A DNA stretch of 64,000 nt from Vitrella brassicaformis CCMP3155 (taxonomy: Eukaryota; Protista; Chromerida): contig CDMY01000123.1 of the NCBI GenBank assembly GCA_001179505.1, positions 1 through 64,000 on the forward strand, written 5' to 3'. Shown here piece by piece: positions 48,051 to 60,477 of this stretch (its first letter is position 1; each line of letters starts with the position of its first letter). The position numbers and the translations under genes are program-made. The notes beneath the pieces are model-generated. The model did not search any database, was not told the DNA's origin, and worked only from the letters and a program-made list of their open reading frames with translations.

Positions 48051-50798
48051 ATGAGCCGGTTTGCTGCTGTCCCAGCAGCGGCAGCAGCAGCTGCAGCAGG
48101 TGGGTCTGGTGATGGTGATTGGCGTCAGTTCTTTGTGCGTGATCAAGCCTACGGAGAATGGAACGTCTGGCTGGACCCGAAGGACAACGCACGGGAAGGC
48201 TTTCCCTCACAGCCGCTCACAGATGAGTCAGGTGAGTGAGATGAGGCAGACACAAAGACAGACAGACACATGGATAGATAGAGATGCTGCGCGCACTCGG
48301 CATCTCCCTCCCATCTTCCTCTCTGGTGTGATATCTGTGGTTGGTGTGGACAGCCGCTCGTTTCGCCCAGTGGCTGCGTCGCCATCCCCCGCCAGCCGAC
48401 TGCTACAGAGCGACGCCGAACGACCGAGTTCGTCCGACGGCGGTGGTCAACCTGAGCAACAATCACTCGTTGGGCGACCGGGGCCTCGACGCCATAGTAG
48501 GGGCGCTGCTGGAGATACGACTGGACATCCGTTTGCTCAAGGTGTACAAATGCAACATAGGCCGCGCCGGTGAGCACACAGAGATCTAGGGGGGAGATGT
48601 GTGTGTTCGGTTCGGTGTGTGCGTATGTGTGTGTGTCAGGTGCTGAGTCGATATGTCGACTGATCAGGGGCCTGCCGACGGCGATGGCGGAGATCCACCT
48701 GTCGGACAACCGCATCGACCAGGCCGGCGCGAAGGCCATCATGGAGGCCCTCGTAGACCTGTCGCCGCACCTCTACCCTCGACACGACCCCAAGTTAGTG
48801 TGTGTGTTGGTAAATGGGATGGTTGACGGAATGTAGTGAGAGTGTGTTTCCGATCTCTGTGAATGTGTTGTGTCGTGTCGTGTGTGTGTGTGTGCAGGCG
48901 ACCGCCTGCGCCGGTGTGGCTAAGATTGGTACATGCCGCATGCCAACACACCGATGGATGGCTGAATGGATGGATGGCGCACCATTGAATTGCTCAAAAA
49001 GGTGTTTGTGTTGTGTCTGATCTGATCTGATCTGATCTGATTGTGTGCAGGAGAACAACCCCATCCATGACGCGCCAGCATGTGAGCCAAGCCAAGCCAC
49101 CAAACCTGCATTTCACATATACGTCACTTTCTGTACCCCTCTAATGCGCTGCGCTTGCCTTCAGTGCTCCGGTGGCTCGAGTTGCGCCGCGTCCGCGTGT
49201 GCACGAATGTGGATCGGAATAGGTGCACCAACACACGGTGTGCCCTGGTGGACCGGCGAGACCCCCGAGGCACCTGCCCCCTCCTCCACATCGGCACCCT
49301 GGCGGCATACGCAACTTCTCGGGACACCAGACGCCTCCCGCAGCCACAAGCACAACAACAGCAGCAACACGAGAGGCAACAGCAACCGCACCAGCCGGCA
49401 GCAGCAGCAGCAGCGGCTTCGCCTGTCGATCGGCCGTGGGCGCCACCCCCTCTCCCTCCCTCCCCATCGCCATCGCAAGTACCCACATTCCCTCCGGCGG
49501 CATCGGCAGCTGCTGCTGCTGCCTCGTCGCAAGCGACGGCTAGCTCGTCGTCGGCTGCTGAAGTGAGGAATGGTGATAGAGCTCCTGGTGTCCCGTTTTC
49601 TCGGCCAGCCGCCCTTGATATGAGTCAGCTATTGCGGCCAGAGGCGGCCAGGGGTGCACCTGCTGCTGCAGCGTCCTCTGCCTCCGGCCCCGCCCCTCGC
49701 GAGTTGTTGAAGAAGGTGCAGCACACGTGGAAGCCCGTGGCGCGGTCGAACCCGGACTCTCCCACCGACACAGAACAGCGGCCGACGTCTTTCTCATCGT
49801 CGGCTGCTGCTCGTTCTACTACTGAGGGCTTTGTGGCTCCTGATGGTCAGAGCGCTGGGAGGAATGAGAGTCCGCCAGCTGCTGCGGCTGAGAGGATCAC
49901 GGTGGCTGGGACACCTGCGCCCGTCGGCGCACCCTCCACCCACCAGCCCGCAGACGCAAACCAGCAATGGCTGATCGACTCCCAGCATTTGCGAGGGGGT
50001 CTGACGGAGCTGGGTGTGAGCGTCGACCCGGGAGAGCTGGACGACGTGCCCTCGCCCCCGCCCTTCGCCCCACCGAACCTGCGGCAACCTGCTGCGGGCC
50101 CTCCCCCATCTCCCCCACCACTCCCTCCCCATCTGTTGCCCGGGCTCAACGGCAGCATGCCTCTCCCAGGGCATGAGGGCGCGGCGAGCGATGGTGCTGA
50201 CCAGGAGAGGCAGAGGCGGGATGCATCGCCGCCGTGCAGCCCCACCCCAGCCGCGGCAGCAGCAGCAGCAGCAGCAGCGGCTTCATCATCGGCATCATCA
50301 ATCTCGGTGGGTCACCTTGGCGACGGCTGGTGGCGGCCGCCACCTTTTCCCCCGCCCCCGCCCCCTGCCCCTCCCACCATCCTCAGTCACCTGCAGCCGC
50401 CCCCATTCCCACCACCACCAGCACCAGCAGCCCCACCAGCAGCCGTGAGTGCCAGTGCAGCACCTGTGACAGCAGCAGCAGCAGCAGCTGCTGCTGCTGC
50501 AGCAGCTGCTGCTTCCGTGACGCCCAGCCAGCCGTCGTCTCCTGGGCAAGACAGCCCGCTGCCGGCCAGCGACATGGTGGAGGGTAGCACGGCGACGAGT
50601 TCGGGCAACCTGCGAGACGACAACAATGGGGTGCCCGGGGGCGGGAGTGGAAATAATGACGGTGGTGGTGGAGGAGGGGTGATGACGGGTGAGGAGGCGT
50701 TGGCCGATGTGGATTGGTCGTGTTTGAGTCTGGACGAGATGAAGGCGCAGTACAGGCGGCTTATAGACTTTGGCGAACGAGACCTTAACGACAGATAG
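48051..50798 (+). CDS. Leucine-rich repeat (RNI-like) protein with Cys-rich segment and long low-complexity C-terminus
   Basis: VNLSNNHSLGDRGLDAIVGAL; LLKVYKCNIGRAG|AESICRLI; EIHLSDNRIDQAGAKAIMEAL; then CTN...CTNTRC...CPLLH and the Pro/Ala-rich ORF 49155-50798. Start uncertain. Confidence 0.7.
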
Positions 50799-51141
50799 AC
50801 AGCCGAGCGTCTGACTGAGTGAATGAGTAGGTGAATGAGTGAGTGGGTGACTGGACGGACGGACGGACCACAGGTGTAGATACATACGATGCGCATGCAT
50901 GTCGTCTGGCTGGCTGCCTGACGGGATTGACTTCTGGCACCTTCCTTCTGCATGACGTGGCATGAGTGGCTGTGTCAGTCAATTGATCAATGTGCTGGAT
51001 GGGCGAAATGGTGATGTACTTGTCGCTACTCCAGCACTCGATGACCAATGAATCCGACCCGTGACAGCCATGCAGCTGCGCGGCAGTGTGGGGTACCGGC
51101 GCACACGCTAGGGGCAGGGCCACTCCCACACTCTGACGGAA

Positions 51142-51215
51142 GCTGGCATGGTGTAGTTGGTTATCACGTACGCCTCACACGCGTAAGGTCCCCGGTTCGA
51201 GCCCGGGTGCCAGTA
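51142..51215 (+). tRNA. trnV-CAC: tRNA-Val (anticodon CAC)
   Basis: Acceptor stem GCTGGCA/TGCCAGT, D-arm GTGTAGTTGGTTATCAC, anticodon arm TACGC-CTCACAC-GCGTA, T-arm CCCGG-TTCGAGC-CCGGG. Confidence 0.93.
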
Positions 51216-51332
51216 TTTATGATACCACGCAATTATACTTCCGTGGCGTGTCATTCTTCGGACATCCTTGCCGCTTCCTCCCTCGTGGTTTGGTGGCTTT
51301 CGGTCCCTGAGCTCCGCTGAGGATTGTCGTTA

Positions 51333-51439
51333 CCCTAAACCCTAAATCGAGACAACCTCTATGTTATGATTGCGACAGGGTTTAGGGTTGAGGGTTTAGG
51401 GTTGAGGGTTTAAGGACCAACCCTAAACCCTAAACCCTA
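51333..51439. repeat. Interstitial telomere-like repeats (CCCTAAA / GGGTTTA, GGGTTGA) in alternating orientation
   Basis: (CCCTAAA)2 at 51333-51346; GGGTTTA-GGGTTGA-GGGTTTA-GGGTTGA-GGGTTTA at 51378-51412; (CCCTAAA)2CCCTA at 51421-51439. Confidence 0.85.
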
Positions 51440-51450
51440 CCACTAGTCGG

Positions 51451-53728
51451 TCAGCACTTCAAATGGTCTGTTTCACCGACGAATCTTGTCAGTTGCGACA
51501 ACAGTGGAGGATGCTCAGCGATAACCAACTGATAAGGCTTACCGGCGGCGTCTGTTGCACACACCTGCAGTGAAGCTGTATGGTTGCTGGCTGCTGGTTG
51601 ATGGCTGTCCTTCCGCCTATCCATCCATCCATCCATCGACGAGAGGACAAATTGCCTCTTTCCTAGCTACAAGAAGCAAGCAACCAACAGACGCTACAGA
51701 CAGACGCAAAAACCAGCACCCTGCCTGGGCCAGCTACCTACCTCTACATACACACATGAAAAATGCCCGCCACGAATTGTGGCCACTGTCCGATATATAG
51801 CTGCCAGCTGCCATCGATGGCTCATGGCGGCGCCCCTCTGGTGGGCATCTCCGTGACGGTGGCGAATGGCCGGCAGTGCTCTTGCGTGACGGTGTGGAAG
51901 AGCTGCCGAATGGGGGTGGCGTGCAGGACGCTCGCCGGCTTGGACAGAATGGAACTGACAACACAACACACAGAGAGAGAGACAGGCAGACAGACAGACA
52001 GGAGTGTGTGGTGGTATGGAGGGAGGGAGGGAGAGGGTGTGTGTGGTGCACCCTTACTGGCAGGTGTCTCTGTCCATGTGGTCTTTGAGTGGGTGTGGGT
52101 TCTTGCGCAGGACGAAGCCGTAGTAGAAGGCGTAGTCGGCGTTGGTCTTGCTGCTGGTCTTCTCGTACGATATCAATACCTCCTCACCTGCATTGAATGC
52201 ATTGCACCGAAACATGGCGCACACACACGCACATCCACATCCACATCCACACACGCACATCACGTGGCTGCAGTTGGTCATCAAATTTGATACCTTTCCG
52301 GACCCTCCTGGTTGTGTTGAACTGCAGCCGTTCGGACGAGGGGTTATAATCCCACACCGCATTCAGCTTGGGCACTGGGTCCGTATTCGCCTAAACACAC
52401 ACACACACACCCTCCCTCCCTCCCGCACCTCACACACGCACCCAGGTGACCTACCTTATCAGCGTATGGCGCCAAAACGAACCGCCTCGTGCCGTTCAGG
52501 TCCATGCCCATACACCGAGACAGACAGATGGCCGACCCCCACATCCACTCATCGTCCCCCATCCTCGCCAGCTGCCCGTCGACCGCATAGCGCGTCAGAC
52601 GCTTGTACGACCGCCGGAGGGACTCCCGCGCCAGCACCACCAGCCGGGCTAGAGGAAGTTTATCGTACACCTCTGCGCGCAGTAGACAGAGATAGGGAAG
52701 GAGAGAGAGTGCTCTGGTGCCCTGTGTGTGCATGTGTGTGTGTGAATGGATGTGGGTGTGGTTGCTCCACCGAGGTCTTCGTCGGTCGCAAACAGCGGGT
52801 GGTTCGTGCGGAACCAGTCTGCAGCAAGCAGCCATAGACAGACAGACAACACATACATACACACAGTCCATCCATCGATCGATTCTTCCCTCCCCCTTGC
52901 TGAGACCCACCGAGTGACGGCAGTGTGGGAAGGTAGAGGGCGAAATTCGACGCGTCCCCGAGCATCTCCTGCTCATGCAGTGCCGCAGCGATGCGCATCG
53001 GACCATCGATCTGAACCGCATCATCTGCACACACACAAACACGTACAGAGGGCCCATCAACGAATCGATTCCCCCCTCTGTGAGCGGATGGAATGGATCA
53101 ATGAATTGTCGCGTCACATACGTCGTGGGCACGCCTTGCAGTCCTCCTCTGACAGGAGGAGCGACCGGGGTATCTCCAGGACAGTCGTGGCCGCAGCGAA
53201 GGACGACGTATAAGCCAGGCCCTCCACACCCATACCTGACTCGCCCACACACACACAGCTATAGCTTACACATAGATTGACAGACACAGATTGACTGACA
53301 CTTTTCGGCCCATCTTACTTACCGCCATGGTAGAACCGCCTGAGTGTGACGTTCTCACAGCTGCCTCCCTGTGCAGCCACCATGTCCTGCAGCCCCCTCC
53401 ACGCCTCGACCGGCGTCCCTTCCGGCCGCCTCGTGAGCCACTGCCACCCGTACCTCCCGTACCGCCAGTTGACAAAGATCTCGGATATGATCAGCAGGCA
53501 GAGGAAGAGCAGCACGAAGCGAAAGTCAAACACGAAGGCAAACGTGCTGTTGGTGTTGTTGTTGTTTGCTCGTCCATTGCCGCCTTGCTGCTGCATCGCT
53601 GCAGCCGCTTGGCGTGACGATGCCTTGCAGCCGCTGTCGCTTTCTGTTGCTGCTGCTACTGCTGCTGGTGTCTTTGTGGCTCTTCGAGGGCGGATCAGTC
53701 GAGCATCCGGCGATGATGCTGCCGTCAT
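51451..53728 (-). CDS. SET-domain protein (Rubisco LSMT/SETD3-like) with N-terminal transmembrane segment
   Basis: EMLGDASNFALYLPTLP; WMWGSAICLSRC; VLAPYADK|ANTD; GEEVLISY; NADYAFYYGF. Hydrophobic FAFVFDFRFVLLFLCLLIISEIFVNW near the N-terminus. Both ends approximate. Confidence 0.75.
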
Positions 53729-53986
53729 GAATGAACCCGCTCGCCCATCGCTGACGATTGGAGAATTGCGGTCCTGCTGACCACAGCGAACGGGGCGCGC
53801 CAACTCTTTTTCCAGATATGCACACTAAGCTCGCAAAAGGCGATCGGACGCTTCGTGTTGGCAGCCGTTGCGTCCGCGATGTCCCAAGTGCATCAGTGAG
53901 ACCATCGCTGTTCACTTGCAACCACATCCCTCCCGTCCGTCCACCTTGCCGCGCCGACTCGAGATCTCTTTCGTCGCCCATCAATC

Positions 53987-54644
53987 ATGCTGGTGCTGTG
54001 GCTGGTTGCTCTCCACTCACTACTCTGCCCGCCGTGCTCGGCCCTGGGCCTCGCTGGTTCATCCCATCTGTCACATGATCCGAGTGTGCCGGGCGCCTTC
54101 CTGCCCGCTGCCGCCCCTCAGCAGCGGCCCGTGGGCTTCCTGCGGCGCCGCACTGGTCGGCATGCCGCCACTCGCAGATATGCATCTCCGTGGGATGCAG
54201 ATCTGAAGGTGAGAAGAGAGTGAAAGAGGGAGGGCAGGTCGTGCACTTCAGCCTACAGAGGATCACTCAATTTTTCACCACGCGTCTCTTTCTCTCTGTG
54301 TCTGTCAGTTCCTGCCTTATGGAGCGGAGGGCTCGCCCGAAAGAGGTATGAGAAGAGGAGCAGGAAGAAACCGGTCATGTGAGAGCGAGAGTGTGTTTGT
54401 GTGTCCATCATGGGGATGGGTGGAGTCAGAGATTGAGGCGCCCTTCCGCGAGTGGCAAGAGGCGAATGAGAAGCACTGGCAGCTCCAGCTCCTTGACATT
54501 GACCCCGAAGACAACTCGACATACGCCAGAGAGCTCGAGGCCGCCGAGCAACGAGAGGACGCTGCTTACCAGAGTCTGGTGGCGCGGCTCGCCGGAAACG
54601 GTGAGAAAGTCAAGACGTCCCTTCTCATTTCTTGCTGTGACTGA

Positions 54645-54681
<37 letters not shown>

Positions 54682-55276
54682 CGGCCATCCATCCATCTGT
54701 GTAGACACGTTGTGTTGGTACCTGGTGGACACGTATTGGGCGATTGCGGGGGACGGCTGGCGGGGCTTGTGGGGGCAGGAGGAGGGCATGAAATATGAGG
54801 ACCGGCGCAACGTCATCGTCGAGGAATTCATCTTTCCCCGGCAGCATCAGATTGACCCCAACGGTGTGTCTGTACATATGGAGCTGTGAAAGAAAGGAAT
54901 AAACCAAGAGAGTCCGATGGACGTGTGTGCAGGCACGCTGACCATCGAGATGTTCGACCAGGCTGGGAGGAAGCTCCGCGAGGCACAGGCCAACATCTAT
55001 GTCGAGCGCGCCAAGTGTGAAGCGGTCGGGAGTACTGATCCTTTCTGCTCCGCGCGAGCGTTTTATGCCAAGCAGAGCCGCTACGACGCGTGGCAGCGGA
55101 TCCTCGGCAAATACCAAAGCTCACCTGACGCATGTAGGGAAGGAAGCGGGCACTCACCCACCCACACACCCAGCTCCATGTGTGTCTTGTGTGTCCTCTG
55201 TGCAGCAATCGATGTGCGGGCGAGGTACAAGCAGTGGCTGTCACTTGCTGTGGCGGAGGCGCAGGGCCTCAAGTAG
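53987..55276 (+). CDS. Hypothetical protein with signal peptide plus transit-peptide-like leader (candidate plastid protein)
   Basis: MLVLWLVALHSLLCPPCSA followed by an Arg-rich, acid-poor stretch (GAFLPAAAPQQRPVGFLRRRTGRHAATRRYA). Later exons WVESEIEAPFREWQEANEKHW..., YLVDTYWAIAGDGWRGLWGQE..., TLTIEMFDQAGRKL...GLK*. Confidence 0.6.
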
Positions 55277-56193
55277 GCAGGCAGGCAGGTAGGTCAGGCA
55301 GACAGACAGGTAGGGAGGCAAACAGGTAGCTATTCGTGGCGCTTTTTCCGGTGTGTGGACCGGACTGGCCCGGCCAGTCAGTCTAGCCAGTGAGCGAGCA
55401 GGTCGGATCTTATAGGTAGGTGGTGTGCATGGCATGACAATTGTGGGACGGCACACGCGGGGCAGTGGTGGAATGCTGGGTGGCTCTCCTTGACGGTGGA
55501 CGTATGAATGGCTGTATGCGGTCTCTGTTGTGCGCCGTGCGGAGGCCACGATATGGATGGGTCGCCGGACGAGGAGAGAGTGAGTCAGAGATTTTGTCTG
55601 TGGGGTGGGCTGTGGCTGCCGTGTCCCCTTCCTTCTGTCGATCGTCTCTGCCTTGCCCATCGCACTCGATCACTCTAGCCCAGTGAGTGGGTGAAAGGGG
55701 TCGATGGATGAGCAAGGCAAGGACAGTCAACAAAGCGACCGACACTCAACAACCGTCTGTCTGTCTGTCTGTCTGTGCCGGCACTCACTGCAAGTAGGTA
55801 GGTGATTGATTAGCTTGTCAGGTTGTCTGTCTTTTCATTTCGCGTTGTCTCCTGAGTCTGGGTCTTCTCCTTGTTGCATTGGCCGTGAGAGTGGTGGACG
55901 GGGCGGCACCTGACTGACATGTGTGGCCTCTGCCATCGCTCGTGGGTGATGGATGCGCCGAGGGGAAGAACCGGCATGAGGCGACGTGAGGACATTTGGT
56001 TGATGTGATGGATGCATTGATCGATGTGATTCACTCACGTGGACGGACCACTTGTATGTCTGTAACAGACAGACATAACGGCAAAGATGTCCGTCCGTCG
56101 GAGACACGCAAAGACCCCTCAACTAACACGAAACGCATCATGCATCGTCATATCATGACCACATCTGTCTGCTGCGATTCGATTCCCCCTTAA

Positions 56194-57931
56194 CTAATTA
56201 TTGTGCTGCTGCTGCTGCATGAGCACATGCATCTCTGTCTGAGTGCCTGCCCGGCTGCTGATGAGGCTGGACAGAGTGCGCGACTGGTTCGGGGGGCTCT
56301 CGGGGTCGCCGAATGCGTCGCTGGCCAGCATGTGTGTGTAGAGGGCGAGAGTCCTCACTGCCAACACGAAACGGGCGTGCTGACATGAAGATGGCATGAT
56401 GAGACGAGTGCACCTATGACAAAGAGGAACGGACAAGCTCTCTCTCTCTGTGTGTGTGTGTGTGTGTGTGCGCGCGCCTGTGTGTGTGTCTCTTACGGTG
56501 TCTCAGTGTGGTTGGCCTCAATGGTCACACACAGCTGGTCGTCACAGCAGGCCGCCTCACGTACGACCGGGGGGTGGAACGATCCCGTGACGAGCCTGTC
56601 AATCTGCCGCATCTGGACGGAGAAACACTTGGTTTCCACCTGGAAGGTCAGGACGTCGCATGAGCCGCTGAGGAAGACCTCACACGGTTGCATGGACACC
56701 CTGAGACACACACACAGCACAGGGAGGGAGGGAGNNNNNNNNNNNNNNNNNNNNNNNNNNNNNNNNNNNNNNNNNNNNNNNNNNNNNNNNNNNNNNNNNN
56801 NNNNNNNNNNNNNNNNNNNNNNNNNNNNNNNNNNNNNNNNNNNNNNNNNNNNNNNNNNNNNNNNNNNNNNNNNNNNNNNNNNNNNNNNNNNNNNNNNNNN
56901 NNNNNNNNNNNNNNNNNNNNNNNNNNNNNNNNNNNNNNNNNNNNNNNNNNNNNNNNNNNNNNNNNNNNNNNNNNNNNNNNNNNNNNNNNNNNNNNNNNNN
57001 NNNNNNNNNNNNNNNNNNNNNNNNNNNNNNNNNNGAGGCGCCTGCCTCGTTTGCATGTCGGTTCACCCATGAGTTATGTTTTCACCTGATGTCCGGTTGC
57101 ACGTTTGTGTCTTCCCTCTCGTGTGTCTTGTCATGTGCACAGGCCTCCTGCACACTGCTGATGAAGCTCAGCACACGGGACAGGCCGCTATGCGAATGCT
57201 TCGGTTGCGCATGGTGGTGGACGGTCGTGCCGTGCAACTGTGTCTTCGGCCTGTGGGTGTCTCGGTAAGGCTCTTCGACGATATCGGCTTCTGGTAGAGA
57301 TGCGAACGGCCAGAACCATCTCCTCCATCTCCTTCGCCGCCGCCCTCTCCGTCTGTGCGGCTCAATCGTCACCAGTCGACACAAGACTCCCCGTCGATAA
57401 TCCAGAAAAAACCTCTCAAGCAGCCACCTGAGCGCACGAATGAAGGCATGTGTCTGTCGCGGGTGTGGAGGGGTGGGTGGGAATCATCTGAGCTCACCTC
57501 ATGACGTCCCTCCGATCGTGCGAGGCGATCTCATAGACCCCGCCCATCGCTGTCGCCTCCACCAAACTCTCAGGCGAGCCCAAAGACGACGAGGGACTCG
57601 CAGACAGCGGCGCCGGAGAATCAGATGGGGCAACATCATCGTCTTCCGGCTCATGGGGCGCGTCGGCGGGGAGGAAGGAGCGGAACAGCTCACTCTTGAC
57701 CCTCACTGTCTCATATGGCGTCTCGCTCAACCCACATTTAGCCCCATTCTGATGGTGGCTGAATGGTGTTGGTGTCACCGAGCCTTCTTGGGCCACCGGC
57801 GCCGACTCCTGCCGGACAATCCAGGACGTGGCGGCGTCTTGGTTTGCAAGTGTGGCGGCGGCCACGGGCGATGCGGGGATGGGGTTGGGACGCCTCTCCT
57901 CCGCTATAGACGAACAACCACGGGACAGCAT
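56194..57931 (-). CDS. Probable hypothetical protein; one exon may be PH-like (ISP-type)
   Basis: Protein-like ORFs flanked by splice signals (57494-57934 ending in GTGAG; 57082-57384; exon RVSMQPCEVFLSGSCDVLTFQVETKCFSVQMRQIDRLV...CVTIEAN ending GTAAG; HARFVLAVRTLALY). Contains an assembly gap and the phases were not fully reconciled. Confidence 0.35.
56735..57034. other. Assembly gap (300 N)
   Basis: N run after GGGA repeats. Confidence 1.
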
Positions 57932-58763
57932 CACACGTGCGTTTCAAGATCACAACAGACCAGATGCGCGCTCAAGACGCCCCCACACAAGCTTCCGAAA
58001 GCCCCTCGCTATGGAAGCTGAGCACCTTGATGCCACAACCGACGAGCGGATTGAGCCGTTCGGCATTCAGCACGAGCCACACCTCATGAACAATGACCAC
58101 GTCAATGACCAGCAGCAGCAGCAGCCATCGCAGCATCATCCACTGACACATCCCGAGCCATCCCAGCAGCAGCCACAGCATCAGCATCATCAACATCAAC
58201 AGCACCACAACCAGCTGTCCCCCTCCCTCCCCCCCGCCGGCCTTCCTGTCCTCCCCTCGTCCACCGATGGCCGAGCACAGCCAGCCGAGGCACTCACCGA
58301 GGCCGTCCAGCAGCAGGTGGAGCAACAAGAGCAGCAGCAACAGCTAGAGGACGCCACGGGCAGCAGCGGCCGGCCAAAACGCAAGCGCATCCCGAAGCAG
58401 CAGGACCTCCTGGGCATGGTGCCCGCCGAATGGGAGATGGGGCAGCCGAGGCCGAAAGCACGCAAGAAGAAGAAGGCCAAGGAGGGGGGAAGGGGTGGGG
58501 ATGAAGGAGGCGGTGCGCGCGGTGCTGTGGAGCCGGGGAGCCGTCCGCCGGCTATCGAGACGCCCTTGCTGCTGACTGGCGACATGCGTGAGAGGCGTGA
58601 GTGGGTGACGCCGAATGTGGAGGGGAAGCTGCGGGTGGTGACCGAGAAGGGGGCGCAGATGCTCAACCTACTCAGGGGGCTGTTCGAAGGTATGCATGTA
58701 CGCTGCTGAGTGACGGACACAACCGCTGTGCAGTCATTGCGTCCTTGCTTGCTCCCTCTGTGT

Positions 58764-58796
<33 letters not shown>

Positions 58797-60477
58797 ATTG
58801 GTTATGCAGCCTTGCCATCGGCCGATCCCCAGTCCACTCTGCCGCTGCCGCCCGCCGGCCTTGACAAGCCGAGGAAGCCGTCCATCGAGGGACTGCTGGA
58901 CGTAGGCAAACCCCACACCCACACAGACACTCGCAATAAGTACGGGTGTGTTGTATGGTTGTGGTCATGTTGTGCGTTGTGTGTTGTGTGTGCAGGTGGC
59001 CAACAGCGGCCCTCAGTGGAGAGGCATGCCTTTGCAGTGGCTACCCCGACGGAGAGGCTGCAAGCGGCTCTGGTCCCTCCCCAAGCGGCTCTACACCTCT
59101 CTCGGCGCATACGAGACCAAGACTATCCGCAGATCTGTCATCGACGGGCGGATTCTGGACGACAGGAGCGACGCCCCCCCTCTGCTGGTGCCGGCGCGTC
59201 AGCCGTCCTCTGAGCTGACGTATGAGTGGACCTGGGGGGAGGAGCTGCTGATGAAGGGCATCGGACAGATGAGGCGGTATCTGCGGCAACAATCTGGCGA
59301 TTTCGGTGGTGCTTCTGGCGGTGGTGCTGGAGGCGGCGTGGTCAAGCGTGAGGACAGCCCTAACAGTGGTGGTGGTGGTGATGACACGGGCATCGGGGCG
59401 ATGGCTGATTTCGGAGCGGGTGGAGTGGGAGGGGGAGCCGACTACTACTTAGACCTCGAGCAAAGGCCGCCCAGACTCGGTGAGGGCGGATGACACACAC
59501 ACGCGACGACAGACAGACGCACGAGACGAATGCATCACTTCAGTCAGGTGCATCTGTGTAGATGTCTTTCCATTAGGTCGCGGCTTCCAATTGGATGTGC
59601 CGGCCCCTCTCAGCCCTCCCGTGCGCCCCAACATCCGCCACAAGGCCACACAGACTCCCTCAGACACCCACCCAGACGCCGACCCCTCTGTGACCGAGGA
59701 GCCCACTCACCAGGAGTCCCGTGTGGTCATCCTGGGCGGCATGCTCTACCGGCAATTCTGTCTGGGCGCCAACAAGACCTTCAAAGAGACGGGCACACAC
59801 GCCGACGGGGGGATGATCGATGAGACGGTGGCGAGAGAGGGAAGGCCGATATGCCAGCGGCCATCATCCCAGCAGCAGGGAGAGAGCCCTCCCCAGCAGC
59901 CGGCAGCAGCAGCAGCAGCAGCATCGTCAGGGGCAGGAGAGTTGGGCGTGCCGCCACCGACCCAGTATGATGGTGAGATTACGACGAGGCCGCTGCCCGA
60001 TTCGGTGCAGGAGGTGACGTGGTCGCTGCTCGACTACATGGGGGAGAGAATAGGACCTTCCAGACAGGGGTCCGACCTGCTCGCCAAATTCCTCGCTGAC
60101 GGTATGTCAGTCAGAATGCACGTGACCAGCCACGCCACGCCCTTCTCTCACAACACATCCTCTCTCTCCCCCATGCAGATTGTGTAGAGGCATGCAAGGC
60201 GGGGCTCTTTCTGGGCGCCCTCGGCCGCCCCTCACCGGGCTCGCAGCCGGGTGCCAAGCCCCGCAGCTCATTCCCCTTCCCCCCAATGTCGGCAGCTCGC
60301 AGCGGCGGCTCGCCGTTTTCCTTGGCGGGCCTGGTGGCTGGAGGAGGACCGGGAGGGCCGCTGATGCAGCAGCAGATGCATCAGGAGTCGCCTGGTGGTG
60401 GTCGTGGGGGTGCAAGTGGTTGGGGGAGAGGGGGCAACAGCACACGGGGGAGGGGGCGGGGCAAGAGAGGCGGGTGA
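57828..60477 (+). CDS. Hypothetical, probably nuclear, low-complexity protein
   Basis: Long ORFs linked by GT-AG introns; basic NLS-like RPKRKRIPK and RPKARKKKKAK; Gln/His tracts. No domain recognised; the start could be 58011. Confidence 0.55.

Noticed and set aside
57100-57430. In-frame TGA codons near Cys (CVDW*, CPVC*) suggesting selenocysteine read-through
   Set aside because: Another frame of the same interval is open and looks more protein-like. There is no redox motif or identifiable SECIS.
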